Assembly: GCA_964397035.1 (NCBI GenBank)
Contig: CAYNHA010000204.1
Span: forward strand, 1-46,785
From: an uncultured Verrucomicrobiota bacterium
Lineage (GTDB): Bacteria > Verrucomicrobiota > Kiritimatiellia > CAIQIC01 > Lenti-01
Length of the DNA stretch: 46,785 nt
Reading direction: 5' to 3'
Positions 1-7,561 of this stretch are shown here, piece by piece; position 1 is the stretch's first letter; every line of letters starts with the position of its first letter. Made by a program: the position numbers and the translations under genes. The notes under the pieces are model-generated. The model had not been told where the DNA came from. It made no database searches and worked only from the letters and a program-made list of their open reading frames with translations.

Positions 1-543
1 CCCGAGGTGGTGGTTTCCGAATACCGGGCGGCGGATTTCGAGGCCCTGTGGCCGGTGGTGGACGAGGCGCTGGAGGCGGCCCTGGCCGGTTTGCAAGCCA
101 TGCGGAAAAAGGAGGGCACGGCGCTGGGGCGCGATTTGCGGGCCCGGGTGAAGCAGTTGGCCGCGCTGTCGGGGGAAATCGGTCAGCGTGCGCCGGGGGT
201 GCTGGCGACGTACCGCGAAAACCTCCTGAAGCGCCTTGCCGAGGCATTGCCGGGAACCGATTGGGCGGGCGATGAGCGGCTGCTGAAGGAAATGGCCCTT
301 TTTGCGGACCGGTCGGACATCACCGAGGAGCGAGTCCGCCTGGAGAGCCATCTGAAGCAGGTGGACGATTTGCTCAAAAAAGGCGGTGTGGTGGGTCGGA
401 CATTGGATTTTTTGGTTCAGGAAATGGGGCGCGAGATCAACACCATCGGTTCGAAGGCAAACGATGGGGAAATCACGCGCCGGGTGATTGCATTCAAGAC
501 GGAATTGGAGCGGATCCGGGAACAGGTCCAGAACGTGGAATAA
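1..543 (+). CDS. YicC-family stress-induced protein, C-terminal part (5' end lies outside the window)
   Basis: The frame is open from base 1. The C-terminal motif LDFLVQEMGREINTIGSKAND...ELERIREQVQNVE is typical of the YicC/DUF1732 C-terminus. It sits immediately upstream of gmk, a common arrangement. Confidence 0.8.
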   Translation, partial: PEVVVSEYRAADFEALWPVVDEALEAALAGLQAMRKKEGTALGRDLRARVKQLAALSGEIGQRAPGVLATYRENLLKRLAEALPGTDWAGDERLLKEMALFADRSDITEERVRLESHLKQVDDLLKKGGVVGRTLDFLVQEMGREINTIGSKANDGEITRRVIAFKTELERIREQVQNVE

Positions 544-559
544 AGGAACAGAGAAGGCA

Positions 560-1201
560 ATGAACGGAAGAAAACCCAGTTGGAAAAACATCATTTTCAT
601 CGTGTCGGCCCCGTCGGGTGCGGGGAAAACCACGCTGTGCGACAAACTGCAGAAGGAGTTCAAGGACATTCACTACGCCGTGACCGCGACCACGCGGGCT
701 CCCCGCGGCGACGAAGTGGATGGGAAGAGCTACTACTTCCTGAAAATGGAGGAATTCGAGGCCAAGCTGGCGGCCGGTGGCTTCATCGAGAGCGCGGTGG
801 TGCATGGAAACCGGTACGGGTCGCCGAAGGGCCCGGCCGTGGCGGCGCTGGAAGAAGGATGCGATGTGCTGATGAATCTGGATGTGCAGGGAGCGGCGGC
901 CGTTCGGGAATATGTGAAGAATGCGAAGGACGACGATCCGTTGAAGCGGACGTTGGTCGACATCTTCGTGGTGCCGCCCTCCGCGGAGGTGTTGAGGAAC
1001 CGCTTGTTTGACCGGGGCACGGACAGCATGGAAGTGATCGAGAAGCGCATGAAGCAGGCCCGGGAGGAAATCTCGCACTGGAACGAATACAAGTACATGG
1101 TGGTCAACGATGATTTGGCGGAGGCGTATGACCACATGCGCGCGATCATTCTGGCCGAGCGGCATCGCAATGCGAACCGACGCGAGGATTATCGTGGCTG
1201 A
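560..1201 (+). CDS. gmk: guanylate kinase
   Basis: ATG at 560 is preceded by AAAGGAACAGAGAAGG. It has the P-loop [28 protein letters not shown], and GNRYGSP. The listed ORF start at 488 overlaps yicC and is rejected. Confidence 0.93.
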   Translation: MNGRKPSWKNIIFIVSAPSGAGKTTLCDKLQKEFKDIHYAVTATTRAPRGDEVDGKSYYFLKMEEFEAKLAAGGFIESAVVHGNRYGSPKGPAVAALEEGCDVLMNLDVQGAAAVREYVKNAKDDDPLKRTLVDIFVVPPSAEVLRNRLFDRGTDSMEVIEKRMKQAREEISHWNEYKYMVVNDDLAEAYDHMRAIILAERHRNANRREDYRG

Positions 1202-1742
1202 TTCCCCAAAGATCCTGTTGGGCGTGACCGGCTCCATTGCGGCCTACAAGTCGGCGGATCTGACGCGCCGCATGCAAAAGCGCGGCTGGGACGTGTGGGT
1301 CGTGATGACCGCCTGCGCCACGCAATACATCGGCCCGCTGACGTTCCGCGCCCTGACGGGCCACCCCGTGGCGCATGGGACGTTTGCGGAACTGGAACAG
1401 GAAACCTATACGCATCTGGGCCTTTCCGAAGGAGCGGCGGCGATGGTGGTGGCCCCTTGCTCGGCCCAGACCCTGGCGCGGCTGGCGCATGGTTTTGCCG
1501 ATGATGTGCTCAGTTGCGCCGCCTTGAGCCTGAAGGCTCCCTTGTTCGTGGCGCCGGCCATGAATACGCGGATGTGGGAGAATCCCGCCGTGCAGGAGAA
1601 CGTGGCGACGTTGCAGCGGCGAGGGGCGATTCTTCTTCCGCCGGGCACGGGCGAACTGGCTTGCGGCGACACGGGCGCGGGCCGCCTCTGCGAACTGGAC
1701 GATATCGTGAAGGCCGTTGCTCAGCGCATCGCGGCGGGCTGA
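1170..1742 (+). CDS. coaC: phosphopantothenoylcysteine decarboxylase (flavoprotein, CoaC half of CoaBC)
   Basis: [33 protein letters not shown]...[15 protein letters not shown]...[10 protein letters not shown] matches the Dfp N-terminal domain. The start is ATG 1170 or GTG 1194, the latter overlapping the gmk stop. The stop is TGA at 1740-1742. Confidence 0.85.
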   Translation: MRTDARIIVADSPKILLGVTGSIAAYKSADLTRRMQKRGWDVWVVMTACATQYIGPLTFRALTGHPVAHGTFAELEQETYTHLGLSEGAAAMVVAPCSAQTLARLAHGFADDVLSCAALSLKAPLFVAPAMNTRMWENPAVQENVATLQRRGAILLPPGTGELACGDTGAGRLCELDDIVKAVAQRIAAG

Positions 1743-1746
1743 CGGC

Positions 1747-2406
1747 GTGAAGGTGCTGGTGACAGCGGGGCCGACGCGGGAGGCCATTGATCCGGTGCGC
1801 TTCATCAGCAACCGGTCGAGCGGAAAGATGGGGTATGCCGTGGCCGAAGCGGCCGTGCGGGCGGGGCATTCCGTGCGGCTGGTTTCAGGGCCGGTGGCGA
1901 TCGAAACTCCGCGGGGCGTGAAACGGGTCGATGTGACGACCGCCGATGAGATGCTCGATGCCATCCAACGGCATCTGCGCGCATGCGACGTGCTGGTGAT
2001 GGTGGCGGCCGTGGCCGATTGGCGTCCAAAAAAAATTGCAAAGAAGAAGCTGAAAAAAAGCGATGGACCTCCGTGCATCGAGTGGGAAGCCACGCCGGAC
2101 ATCTTGAAAACCATCGCGCCGATGAAAAAATCCTCGCAGGTGTTTTGCGGATTCGCCGCCGAGACCAACCGCGTGGATTCGGAAGCCAAACGCAAGTTGC
2201 GCGAGAAAAAACTGGATGTGCTCGCGGCGAACGATGTTTCAAAAAAAGGCCGTGGATTCGAGTCGGAATGCAACTTGCTGAATCTGTTTTTTGCGGACGG
2301 ACGTGTGGTTCGCGGCACGCTCTCCACGAAAAGAAAATGCGCGGAAGAGTTGGTGGAGGTGTTGGAAAAACTCTTCGCGCAGAAAAAAAATCGCGAAAAG
2401 AAATGA
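1747..2406 (+). CDS. coaB: phosphopantothenate-cysteine ligase (CoaB half of CoaBC)
   Basis: [35 protein letters not shown]...AAVADWRP...FAAETN match the Dfp C-terminal domain. The frame is +1 relative to coaC. Possible starts are GTG 1747 (4 nt after the coaC stop) or TTG 1717. Confidence 0.85.
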   Translation: MKVLVTAGPTREAIDPVRFISNRSSGKMGYAVAEAAVRAGHSVRLVSGPVAIETPRGVKRVDVTTADEMLDAIQRHLRACDVLVMVAAVADWRPKKIAKKKLKKSDGPPCIEWEATPDILKTIAPMKKSSQVFCGFAAETNRVDSEAKRKLREKKLDVLAANDVSKKGRGFESECNLLNLFFADGRVVRGTLSTKRKCAEELVEVLEKLFAQKKNREKK

Positions 2407-2635
2407 AAATCTATTGACGTTGTTAATAACTTCGCATTACTGTCTTCACCAACGAGATGAAGATGTTCAAAATGACAAGCGCAACCTTCCATATCTTCGA
2501 GCGCGAAATTGAATTCGGGAAATCTCGAGTCGCGATTTAAGTGAAAAAGAAACACAGGACAATGTTTCAAGTGAACAACTTCAAGAATACCCTGACCGCC
2601 TTTGTGCGTCAGGTTGGAAGGGGGGGAAATACACA

Positions 2636-2758
2636 ATGGCAGTGAAGAAGGTTGCGAAGAAGGTCGCGAAGGCGGCTCCGGCCAAGAAGGCGGTCAAGAA
2701 GGTCGCGAAGAAGGCGGCTCCGGCCAAGAAGGCGGCAAAGAAGGTTGCGAAGAAGTAA
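2636..2758 (+). CDS. small Lys/Ala-repeat basic protein (histone H1-like / Hc1-like), 40 aa, absent from the ORF track
   Basis: ATG 2636 follows GGAAGGGGGGGAAATACACA (Shine-Dalgarno-like). My own translation gives [41 protein letters not shown] hairpin plus T-run terminator lies downstream, and an AT-rich promoter-like region lies upstream. Confidence 0.6.
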   Translation: MAVKKVAKKVAKAAPAKKAVKKVAKKAAPAKKAAKKVAKK

Positions 2759-2802
2759 TTTCTTCCCCCTGTGCTGGGCCGTGCAATGCGGCTCAGTCAA
2801 TG

Positions 2803-2843
2803 AACGGCGGTGAATTCCCATTTGGATTCGCCGTCGTTTTTTT
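2803..2843 (+). terminator. rho-independent terminator after the small basic protein gene
   Basis: ACGGCGgtGAAT-loop-ATTCGCCGT is followed by CGTTTTTTT. Confidence 0.6.
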
Positions 2844-2948
2844 GTGGCGTGGGCAATCGCCTCCGGAAGGATTCTGCGCCTTCGCTTGCAATGGGAAAGG
2901 GGGTGGAGTAGTTTCACCGGACATTTTCAAACGTAAGGAGAGTCGATC

Positions 2949-3176
2949 ATGCAAGAGAAAGTCATTCAGTTCATCGAAGAAGTGCGCCCCCTGATTCAAG
3001 GTCATGGCGGGGATGTCGAGTTTGTTTCCATGGACGGCAACACCGTCAACCTGCGGTTGCATGGCGCCTGCCATTCGTGTCCGCATGCGATGATGACGTT
3101 GAAGAATGGCATCGAGGCCGAGATGCGCGAGCGGGTGAGCCCGGAGCTGACGGTCGAACGCGTGATGGACGCGTAG
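2949..3176 (+). CDS. NifU-like (Nfu C-terminal domain) Fe-S cluster assembly protein
   Basis: AAGGAG lies 8 nt upstream of the ATG. IEEVRPLIQGHGGDVEFVSMDGNTVNLRLHGACHSCPHAMMTLKNGIE carries the CxxC motif of the NifU C-terminal domain. Confidence 0.85.
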   Translation: MQEKVIQFIEEVRPLIQGHGGDVEFVSMDGNTVNLRLHGACHSCPHAMMTLKNGIEAEMRERVSPELTVERVMDA

Positions 3177-3199
3177 GCGTTTTGCTTTTGGTATTCCCA

Positions 3200-3226
3200 G
3201 GCCGCCCCGAGGAGGGCGGCTTTTTT
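3200..3226 (+). terminator. rho-independent terminator after the nifU-like gene
   Basis: GGCCGCCC-cgagga-GGGCGGC is followed by TTTTTT. Confidence 0.6.
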
Positions 3227-3233
3227 GTGCCCT

Positions 3234-4058
3234 TCAGGGGGAGGGCGAAGCGCGGGGAGGAGCGGGAAGTTTGCCGTTCACCGCATCGCGGACGATCTGC
3301 TTGGTATCCTCCGGAAAGTCCGACCGCAGGAGCCAGGTGATGAAATTGGGATCGGACGAAACGGCATCGCGCAGCAACTGGCCCTGGAACTTTCCGAAGT
3401 TGAAGGCCACTTCGCCCCTGACCCACTTGAGGCGTCCGGCGCGGTCCACCCAGGCGGGGTCGCGCGGGTCGCAATATTCGTTGAGGGCCTCCATGGCTTC
3501 GGGCAGTTCGGGATACTTGCGGAACTGTCCATCCAGGACTCGGATCGTGGCGAGGACGTCGCCGAGGGCATCGTGGGAGTTGTCGTGCGACTCTCCGCAG
3601 TAATAGCGAAGGGCGGCGGAGAGGTCGCGCGGCTCGTTGCGGAAGAAGATGCGCTGGGCATCGAGAATACGGCGGCCTTCGATGGAGAAGGGTCGGTTGG
3701 AACGGGCGAATTCCTCGGTCAGCAGGGGGATGTCGTATCCGAGGATGTTGTATCCGGCGAGATCGGCATCGGCGAAATGGGTGGCGAGGGCTTCCGCCAT
3801 TTCGGCAAACGTGGGGGCGCCCGCCACGTCGGCATCGGTGATGCCGTGGATGGCGGTGCTGTCTTCGGGAATGGGGATGCCCGGGTTCAGCAGGTAATTG
3901 ACTTGTTCAACGGAACCGGAAGGCTCGTAGCGGACAAGGGCGATGGACACGATGCGGTCGGTGCGCTTGTTGAGGCCGGTGGCTTCCAGGTCAAAGACAA
4001 CGAGGGGGCGTTCGAGCCGCAGACGGCTCGGCAGCGCGGGGATGGTGCTTTCAGTCAT
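3234..4058 (-). CDS. DEDDh 3'-5' exonuclease (DnaQ / DNA pol III epsilon-like) with an extra C-terminal domain
   Basis: It has Exo I (VVFDLEATGL), Exo II (LAGYNILGYDIPLL) and Exo III (HDALGDVLA). ATG 4058 is preferred over TTG 4076. Confidence 0.8.
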   Translation of the reverse strand: MTESTIPALPSRLRLERPLVVFDLEATGLNKRTDRIVSIALVRYEPSGSVEQVNYLLNPGIPIPEDSTAIHGITDADVAGAPTFAEMAEALATHFADADLAGYNILGYDIPLLTEEFARSNRPFSIEGRRILDAQRIFFRNEPRDLSAALRYYCGESHDNSHDALGDVLATIRVLDGQFRKYPELPEAMEALNEYCDPRDPAWVDRAGRLKWVRGEVAFNFGKFQGQLLRDAVSSDPNFITWLLRSDFPEDTKQIVRDAVNGKLPAPPRASPSP

Positions 4059-4110
4059 GCCCGCAGGATGCCGCAACGGACGATGGAGGAAAAGCAGAAT
4101 CGCGGACCGG

Positions 4111-5478
4111 TCAAGCCTGGCGGTAGGCCGCCTTGCCGATGGAATACACGTTGAAGCCGATTCCGTAGAGGGATTTGTGGTCGAGCAGGTTGCGGCCGTC
4201 GAACAAAAAGGCGGGCTTCACCATGTCCTTGAAGATGCGGGCATAGTCCAGCGCCTGGTACTGGCGCCATTCCGTCAGGATGGCGACGGCATGCGCCCCC
4301 TTGGCGGCCTCATAGGGATCGGGCTCGAACTGAACACGGTCCTTCACGTCGGCCAGATCGATTTGGGCCTGTTCGAGTGCCTCGGGGTCGGTGATGACCA
4401 GTTGGGCGTGCTCGGCGATGAGTTCGCGCGCGACAAGGATGGCGGGGCTTTCGCGGGTGTCGCCCGTGTCGGCCTTGAAGGCGAATCCAAACAGAGCGAT
4501 GCGCTTGCCGGCGATGGTGTTGAACATTTCCTTGAGCATGCGAGCCACGAAACGGCGCTCCTGGTACTCGTTCATCTTGACCACCTGCCGCCAGTATTCG
4601 GCCACTTCCTGCAGACCGTAGTTTTCGCAGAGGTAGACCAGGTTGAGGATGTCCTTCTGGAAGCAGGAGCCGCCGAAGCCAATGCTGGCCTTGAGGAACT
4701 TGGGGCCGATCCGGCTGTCCATTCCGATGGCGCGGGCCACTTCGCCCACGTCCGCATCGGTGGCTTCGCACAGCGCCGAAATGCTGTTGATGGAGCTGAC
4801 CCGCTGGGCCAGGAAGGCGTTGGCGGTCAGCTTGGACAGTTCGCTGGACCACAGGTTGGTGGTCAGGATGCGCTCGCGGGGCACCCAGGCGGCATACACG
4901 TCCACCAGGGCCTGGACGGCCTTTTGCCCTTCGGGGGTGGGGTGTCCGCCGATCAGGATGCGGTCCGGGTTGTCGAGATCGGCCACGGCGGTGCCTTCGG
5001 CCAGGAACTCCGGATTGGACAGCACCTCGAAGTGAACGCCGGCCTTGCCGCTGTTGAGGATCCGCTCCATGGCGGCGGCCGTGCGGACGGGCAGGGTGCT
5101 TTTTTCGATGACGATCTTGTTGGACGTGGAGACTTCCAGGATCCGGCGGGCGCATTTTTCCCAGTGCTGCAGGTCGGCGGCGCTGCCGGCGCCGTAGCCG
5201 AAGGTTTTGGTGGGCGTGTTCACGCTCACGAAGATCATGTCGGCTTCCGCGATGCCTCGGTCCACGTCGGTGGAGAAAAACAGGTTCCGGCCGCGCGCCT
5301 CCTTGACCACGGCGTCCAGGCCGGGCTCGTAGATGGGGAGATGGTCCGAGTTCCAGGCATCGATCCGCTTCTGGTTGATGTCGACCACCGTCACCTGGAC
5401 GGATTTGTTTTTCTTGGCGATCATGGCCATCGTGGGACCGCCGACATATCCAGCGCCAATGCAAAGAATCTTGTACAT
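4111..5478 (-). CDS. ugd: UDP-glucose 6-dehydrogenase
   Basis: [19 protein letters not shown] is a Rossmann motif, and [10 protein letters not shown] contains the catalytic Cys. It aligns along the full length with the UGDH family. GGAGAGG lies 6 nt upstream of ATG 5478; ATG 5484 is the alternative. Confidence 0.92.
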   Translation of the reverse strand: MYKILCIGAGYVGGPTMAMIAKKNKSVQVTVVDINQKRIDAWNSDHLPIYEPGLDAVVKEARGRNLFFSTDVDRGIAEADMIFVSVNTPTKTFGYGAGSAADLQHWEKCARRILEVSTSNKIVIEKSTLPVRTAAAMERILNSGKAGVHFEVLSNPEFLAEGTAVADLDNPDRILIGGHPTPEGQKAVQALVDVYAAWVPRERILTTNLWSSELSKLTANAFLAQRVSSINSISALCEATDADVGEVARAIGMDSRIGPKFLKASIGFGGSCFQKDILNLVYLCENYGLQEVAEYWRQVVKMNEYQERRFVARMLKEMFNTIAGKRIALFGFAFKADTGDTRESPAILVARELIAEHAQLVITDPEALEQAQIDLADVKDRVQFEPDPYEAAKGAHAVAILTEWRQYQALDYARIFKDMVKPAFLFDGRNLLDHKSLYGIGFNVYSIGKAAYRQA

Positions 5479-5686
5479 GAACATCCTCTCCTGATCTACG
5501 GGTGAAACTGGTCCGCGTTATATCACTCCTTTTGCCGATGGGAAAAGCTTTTTGATCTGTCCGGAGGCGTCCAAAATAGTTTTAGAATTGGCTTGCGGGC
5601 GAATATCGCGCTCGAATATCTTCCGCGATGTACCTCCGCATGTCCATGGGTCGCCGATTTGCGGGGGGCGGGTTAAAGCGCGGCCC

Positions 5687-5965
5687 ATGGTTACAGGAGT
5701 TGATGAGTACGTGAAAATATATGTTGGGAATCTCTCGTTCAGGGCCACGGATGATGATCTGCGTGCAGCTTTCGAGCCGTATGGCGAAGTGGTCTCCGCG
5801 CGGGTGATTAAAGACAAGGAAACCGGCCGCTCCCGCGGTTTTGGTTTCGTCGAAATGCCCAATCAGGAACAAGGCAACAACGCGATCGCCAAGGTGAACA
5901 ACACCGAAATCAACGATCGCGCGGTTCGCGTGAACGAGGCGCAGGAACGCCCCCCTCGCCGCTAG
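5687..5965 (+). CDS. RRM-type RNA-binding protein
   Basis: RNP2 is IYVGNL and RNP1 is RGFGFVEM. The start is ATG 5687 or GTG 5711, which has AGGAG 13 nt upstream. The listed N-terminal extension from 5552 has no support. Confidence 0.85.
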   Translation: MVTGVDEYVKIYVGNLSFRATDDDLRAAFEPYGEVVSARVIKDKETGRSRGFGFVEMPNQEQGNNAIAKVNNTEINDRAVRVNEAQERPPRR

Positions 5966-5981
5966 GTCCAGATTCGAACAA

Positions 5982-6012
5982 CCCCGGCAGGTTTTCCCCT
6001 GCCGGGGTTTTT
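5982..6012 (+). terminator. rho-independent terminator after the RRM gene
   Basis: CCCCGGCAGG-ttttc-CCTGCCGGGG is followed by TTTTTC. Confidence 0.7.
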
Positions 6013-6126
6013 CTTTGCTCCAAAAGGTCCGGGCGGGGTTCGTTTTTCGTTTACAGGCGGGAAATTCAAGCGTAGAACGGTAAACCGAAAACACAACAAA
6101 ACCGTAATGATTCCAATAGGAAGTCC

Positions 6127-6963
6127 ATGCAACCCATCATAAATCTGCTTGTTCAACTCCAAGAACTCTCCATTGCCCGCGCCCAACAGGAAGTGGGCAT
6201 GCCCGGATCCCAGCTCGACCAACTGGATGCCTCCATTGCCGCGCTGACCAAGGAACTGCCGGATGCGGTCAGTCAGCAATTTTCGCGCCTGCTGCAGAAG
6301 AACCATCTGGCCATCGTGCCGGTCGTCAACGGTGGCTGCACGGCCTGCGGAATGGCCTTGCCCGTGTCGCTGGTCCACAAGGTGCACGCCGCCGAACAGA
6401 TCTACTCCTGTCCCTCTTGCGCCCGCATGCTGTTCCACCGCGATTCCGGCGCCCGCAACACGCGCAAGTCGCCCCGCCGGAGCGATCCGCCCAAGGTGGG
6501 CATTGACCGTTTTTCCGCCGAAACGCTCATGATTCCCGCCCTGAAGGGCACCGACCGCGACTCCGTCCTGGCCGAAATGTGCCAGAAACTGAAGGACGAA
6601 GGTTTCGTGGATGATGCCGGAAAACTGCTGGAATCCGCGCTCAAGCGCGAAGCCATCGTTTCGACGGCGGTGGAAAATGGTTTGGCCTTTCCCCACGTCC
6701 GCTGCGTGGAAGGCGGCGCGTTGACCCTGGCGCTGGGCATTGCGCCCAAGGGCATCAAGTTCGATCCCGCCGGAAAAGCATCCACGCGCATCGTGTTCTT
6801 CATGGTCATTCCCACCGCGGCCAGCGCATTTTATCTGAAGCTCCTCGCCGGCCTTTCGCAGGTCTTCCAGAAACAGGAAAACCGCGAGAAGCTGCTGGAA
6901 GAGGATACGCCCGAGAAATTGTGGAAGGCGTTGCTGAAGGCGACGCGCCTGGTCATCCAGTAG
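6127..6963 (+). CDS. fusion protein: coiled-coil plus C4 zinc-ribbon (COG1579-like) N-terminus and PTS EIIA type-2 (PtsN-like) C-terminus
   Basis: The N-terminus has CTACG...(22 aa)...CPSCARMLF, i.e. two CxxC pairs. The C-terminus, IPALKGTDRDSVLAEM...GLAFPHVRC...RIVFFMVIP, matches the EIIA-2 fold with the His of the FPH motif. Confidence 0.7.
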   Translation: MQPIINLLVQLQELSIARAQQEVGMPGSQLDQLDASIAALTKELPDAVSQQFSRLLQKNHLAIVPVVNGGCTACGMALPVSLVHKVHAAEQIYSCPSCARMLFHRDSGARNTRKSPRRSDPPKVGIDRFSAETLMIPALKGTDRDSVLAEMCQKLKDEGFVDDAGKLLESALKREAIVSTAVENGLAFPHVRCVEGGALTLALGIAPKGIKFDPAGKASTRIVFFMVIPTAASAFYLKLLAGLSQVFQKQENREKLLEEDTPEKLWKALLKATRLVIQ

Positions 6964-7037
6964 CCCTTGCCTTCGGCCACCTCCCGGCCGAAACTTGGGT
7001 TTGACACCGGACCCGGAATAGGTTGCCCTGTTCCCCC

Positions 7038-7556
7038 ATGAACAAACGACGCAATCTGGTTTTGCTGGGCTTCATGGGCACCGGGAAAAGCGCGCTCGCC
7101 CGCCGGGTGGCCGCGCTGACCGGCTGCCCCTATCTGGAAATGGATGCCGAGCTCGAACGCCGCGCGGGCCGGGCCATCTCGAAGATTTTCGCCGAGGATG
7201 GCGAAGACGCCTTCCGGCGAATGGAATCGCAACTGGCGGCGGAGTGGGGCACGCGCGAAGGTTCCGTCATTGCCTGCGGCGGCGGCGTGGTGCTGCGCGA
7301 GGAAAACGTGCGCGCCCTGGGTTCCAACGGCGTGTTGGTTTGCCTGACGGCCCGCCCCGAAGTCCTGCTGGAACGCACCTCCCGCTCCAAGAAGCGGCCC
7401 CTGCTGGCCGGCGAAAACCCGGAAGAGAAAATCCGGAATCTGCTCGCCGTGCGCGCCCCCCTCTACGCCAAGATTTCCCATCAGCTCGACACGTCCGATG
7501 CCGACCTGGACACGCTGGCCGAAAAACTGCTTGATCTGTGGGCGCAAGCCACCTGA
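7038..7556 (+). CDS. aroK: shikimate kinase
   Basis: LLGFMGTGKSALARRVA is the P-loop. Also present are DAELERRAGRAISKIFAEDGEDAFRRME and IACGGGVV. Confidence 0.9.
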   Translation: MNKRRNLVLLGFMGTGKSALARRVAALTGCPYLEMDAELERRAGRAISKIFAEDGEDAFRRMESQLAAEWGTREGSVIACGGGVVLREENVRALGSNGVLVCLTARPEVLLERTSRSKKRPLLAGENPEEKIRNLLAVRAPLYAKISHQLDTSDADLDTLAEKLLDLWAQAT

Positions 7557-7561
7557 CACCG

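Noticed and set aside
2456-2539. 27-codon plus-strand mini-ORF ([27 protein letters not shown]) in the AT-rich region upstream of the histone-like gene
   Set aside because: It has no ribosome-binding site. It lies in what looks like the promoter or 5' UTR of the downstream gene, and AT-rich DNA readily yields such frames.
1146-2636. 496-aa minus-strand ORF
   Set aside because: It is antisense to coaC and coaB, both of which have strong family motifs. The product is a low-complexity Arg/Ser/Ala/Pro-rich sequence typical of spurious open frames in GC-rich DNA, and it has no start context.
3943-5505. 520-aa plus-strand ORF
   Set aside because: It is antisense to the full-length UDP-glucose dehydrogenase gene. 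The Gly/Ala/Val-rich product has no motifs, so it is a GC-rich shadow ORF.
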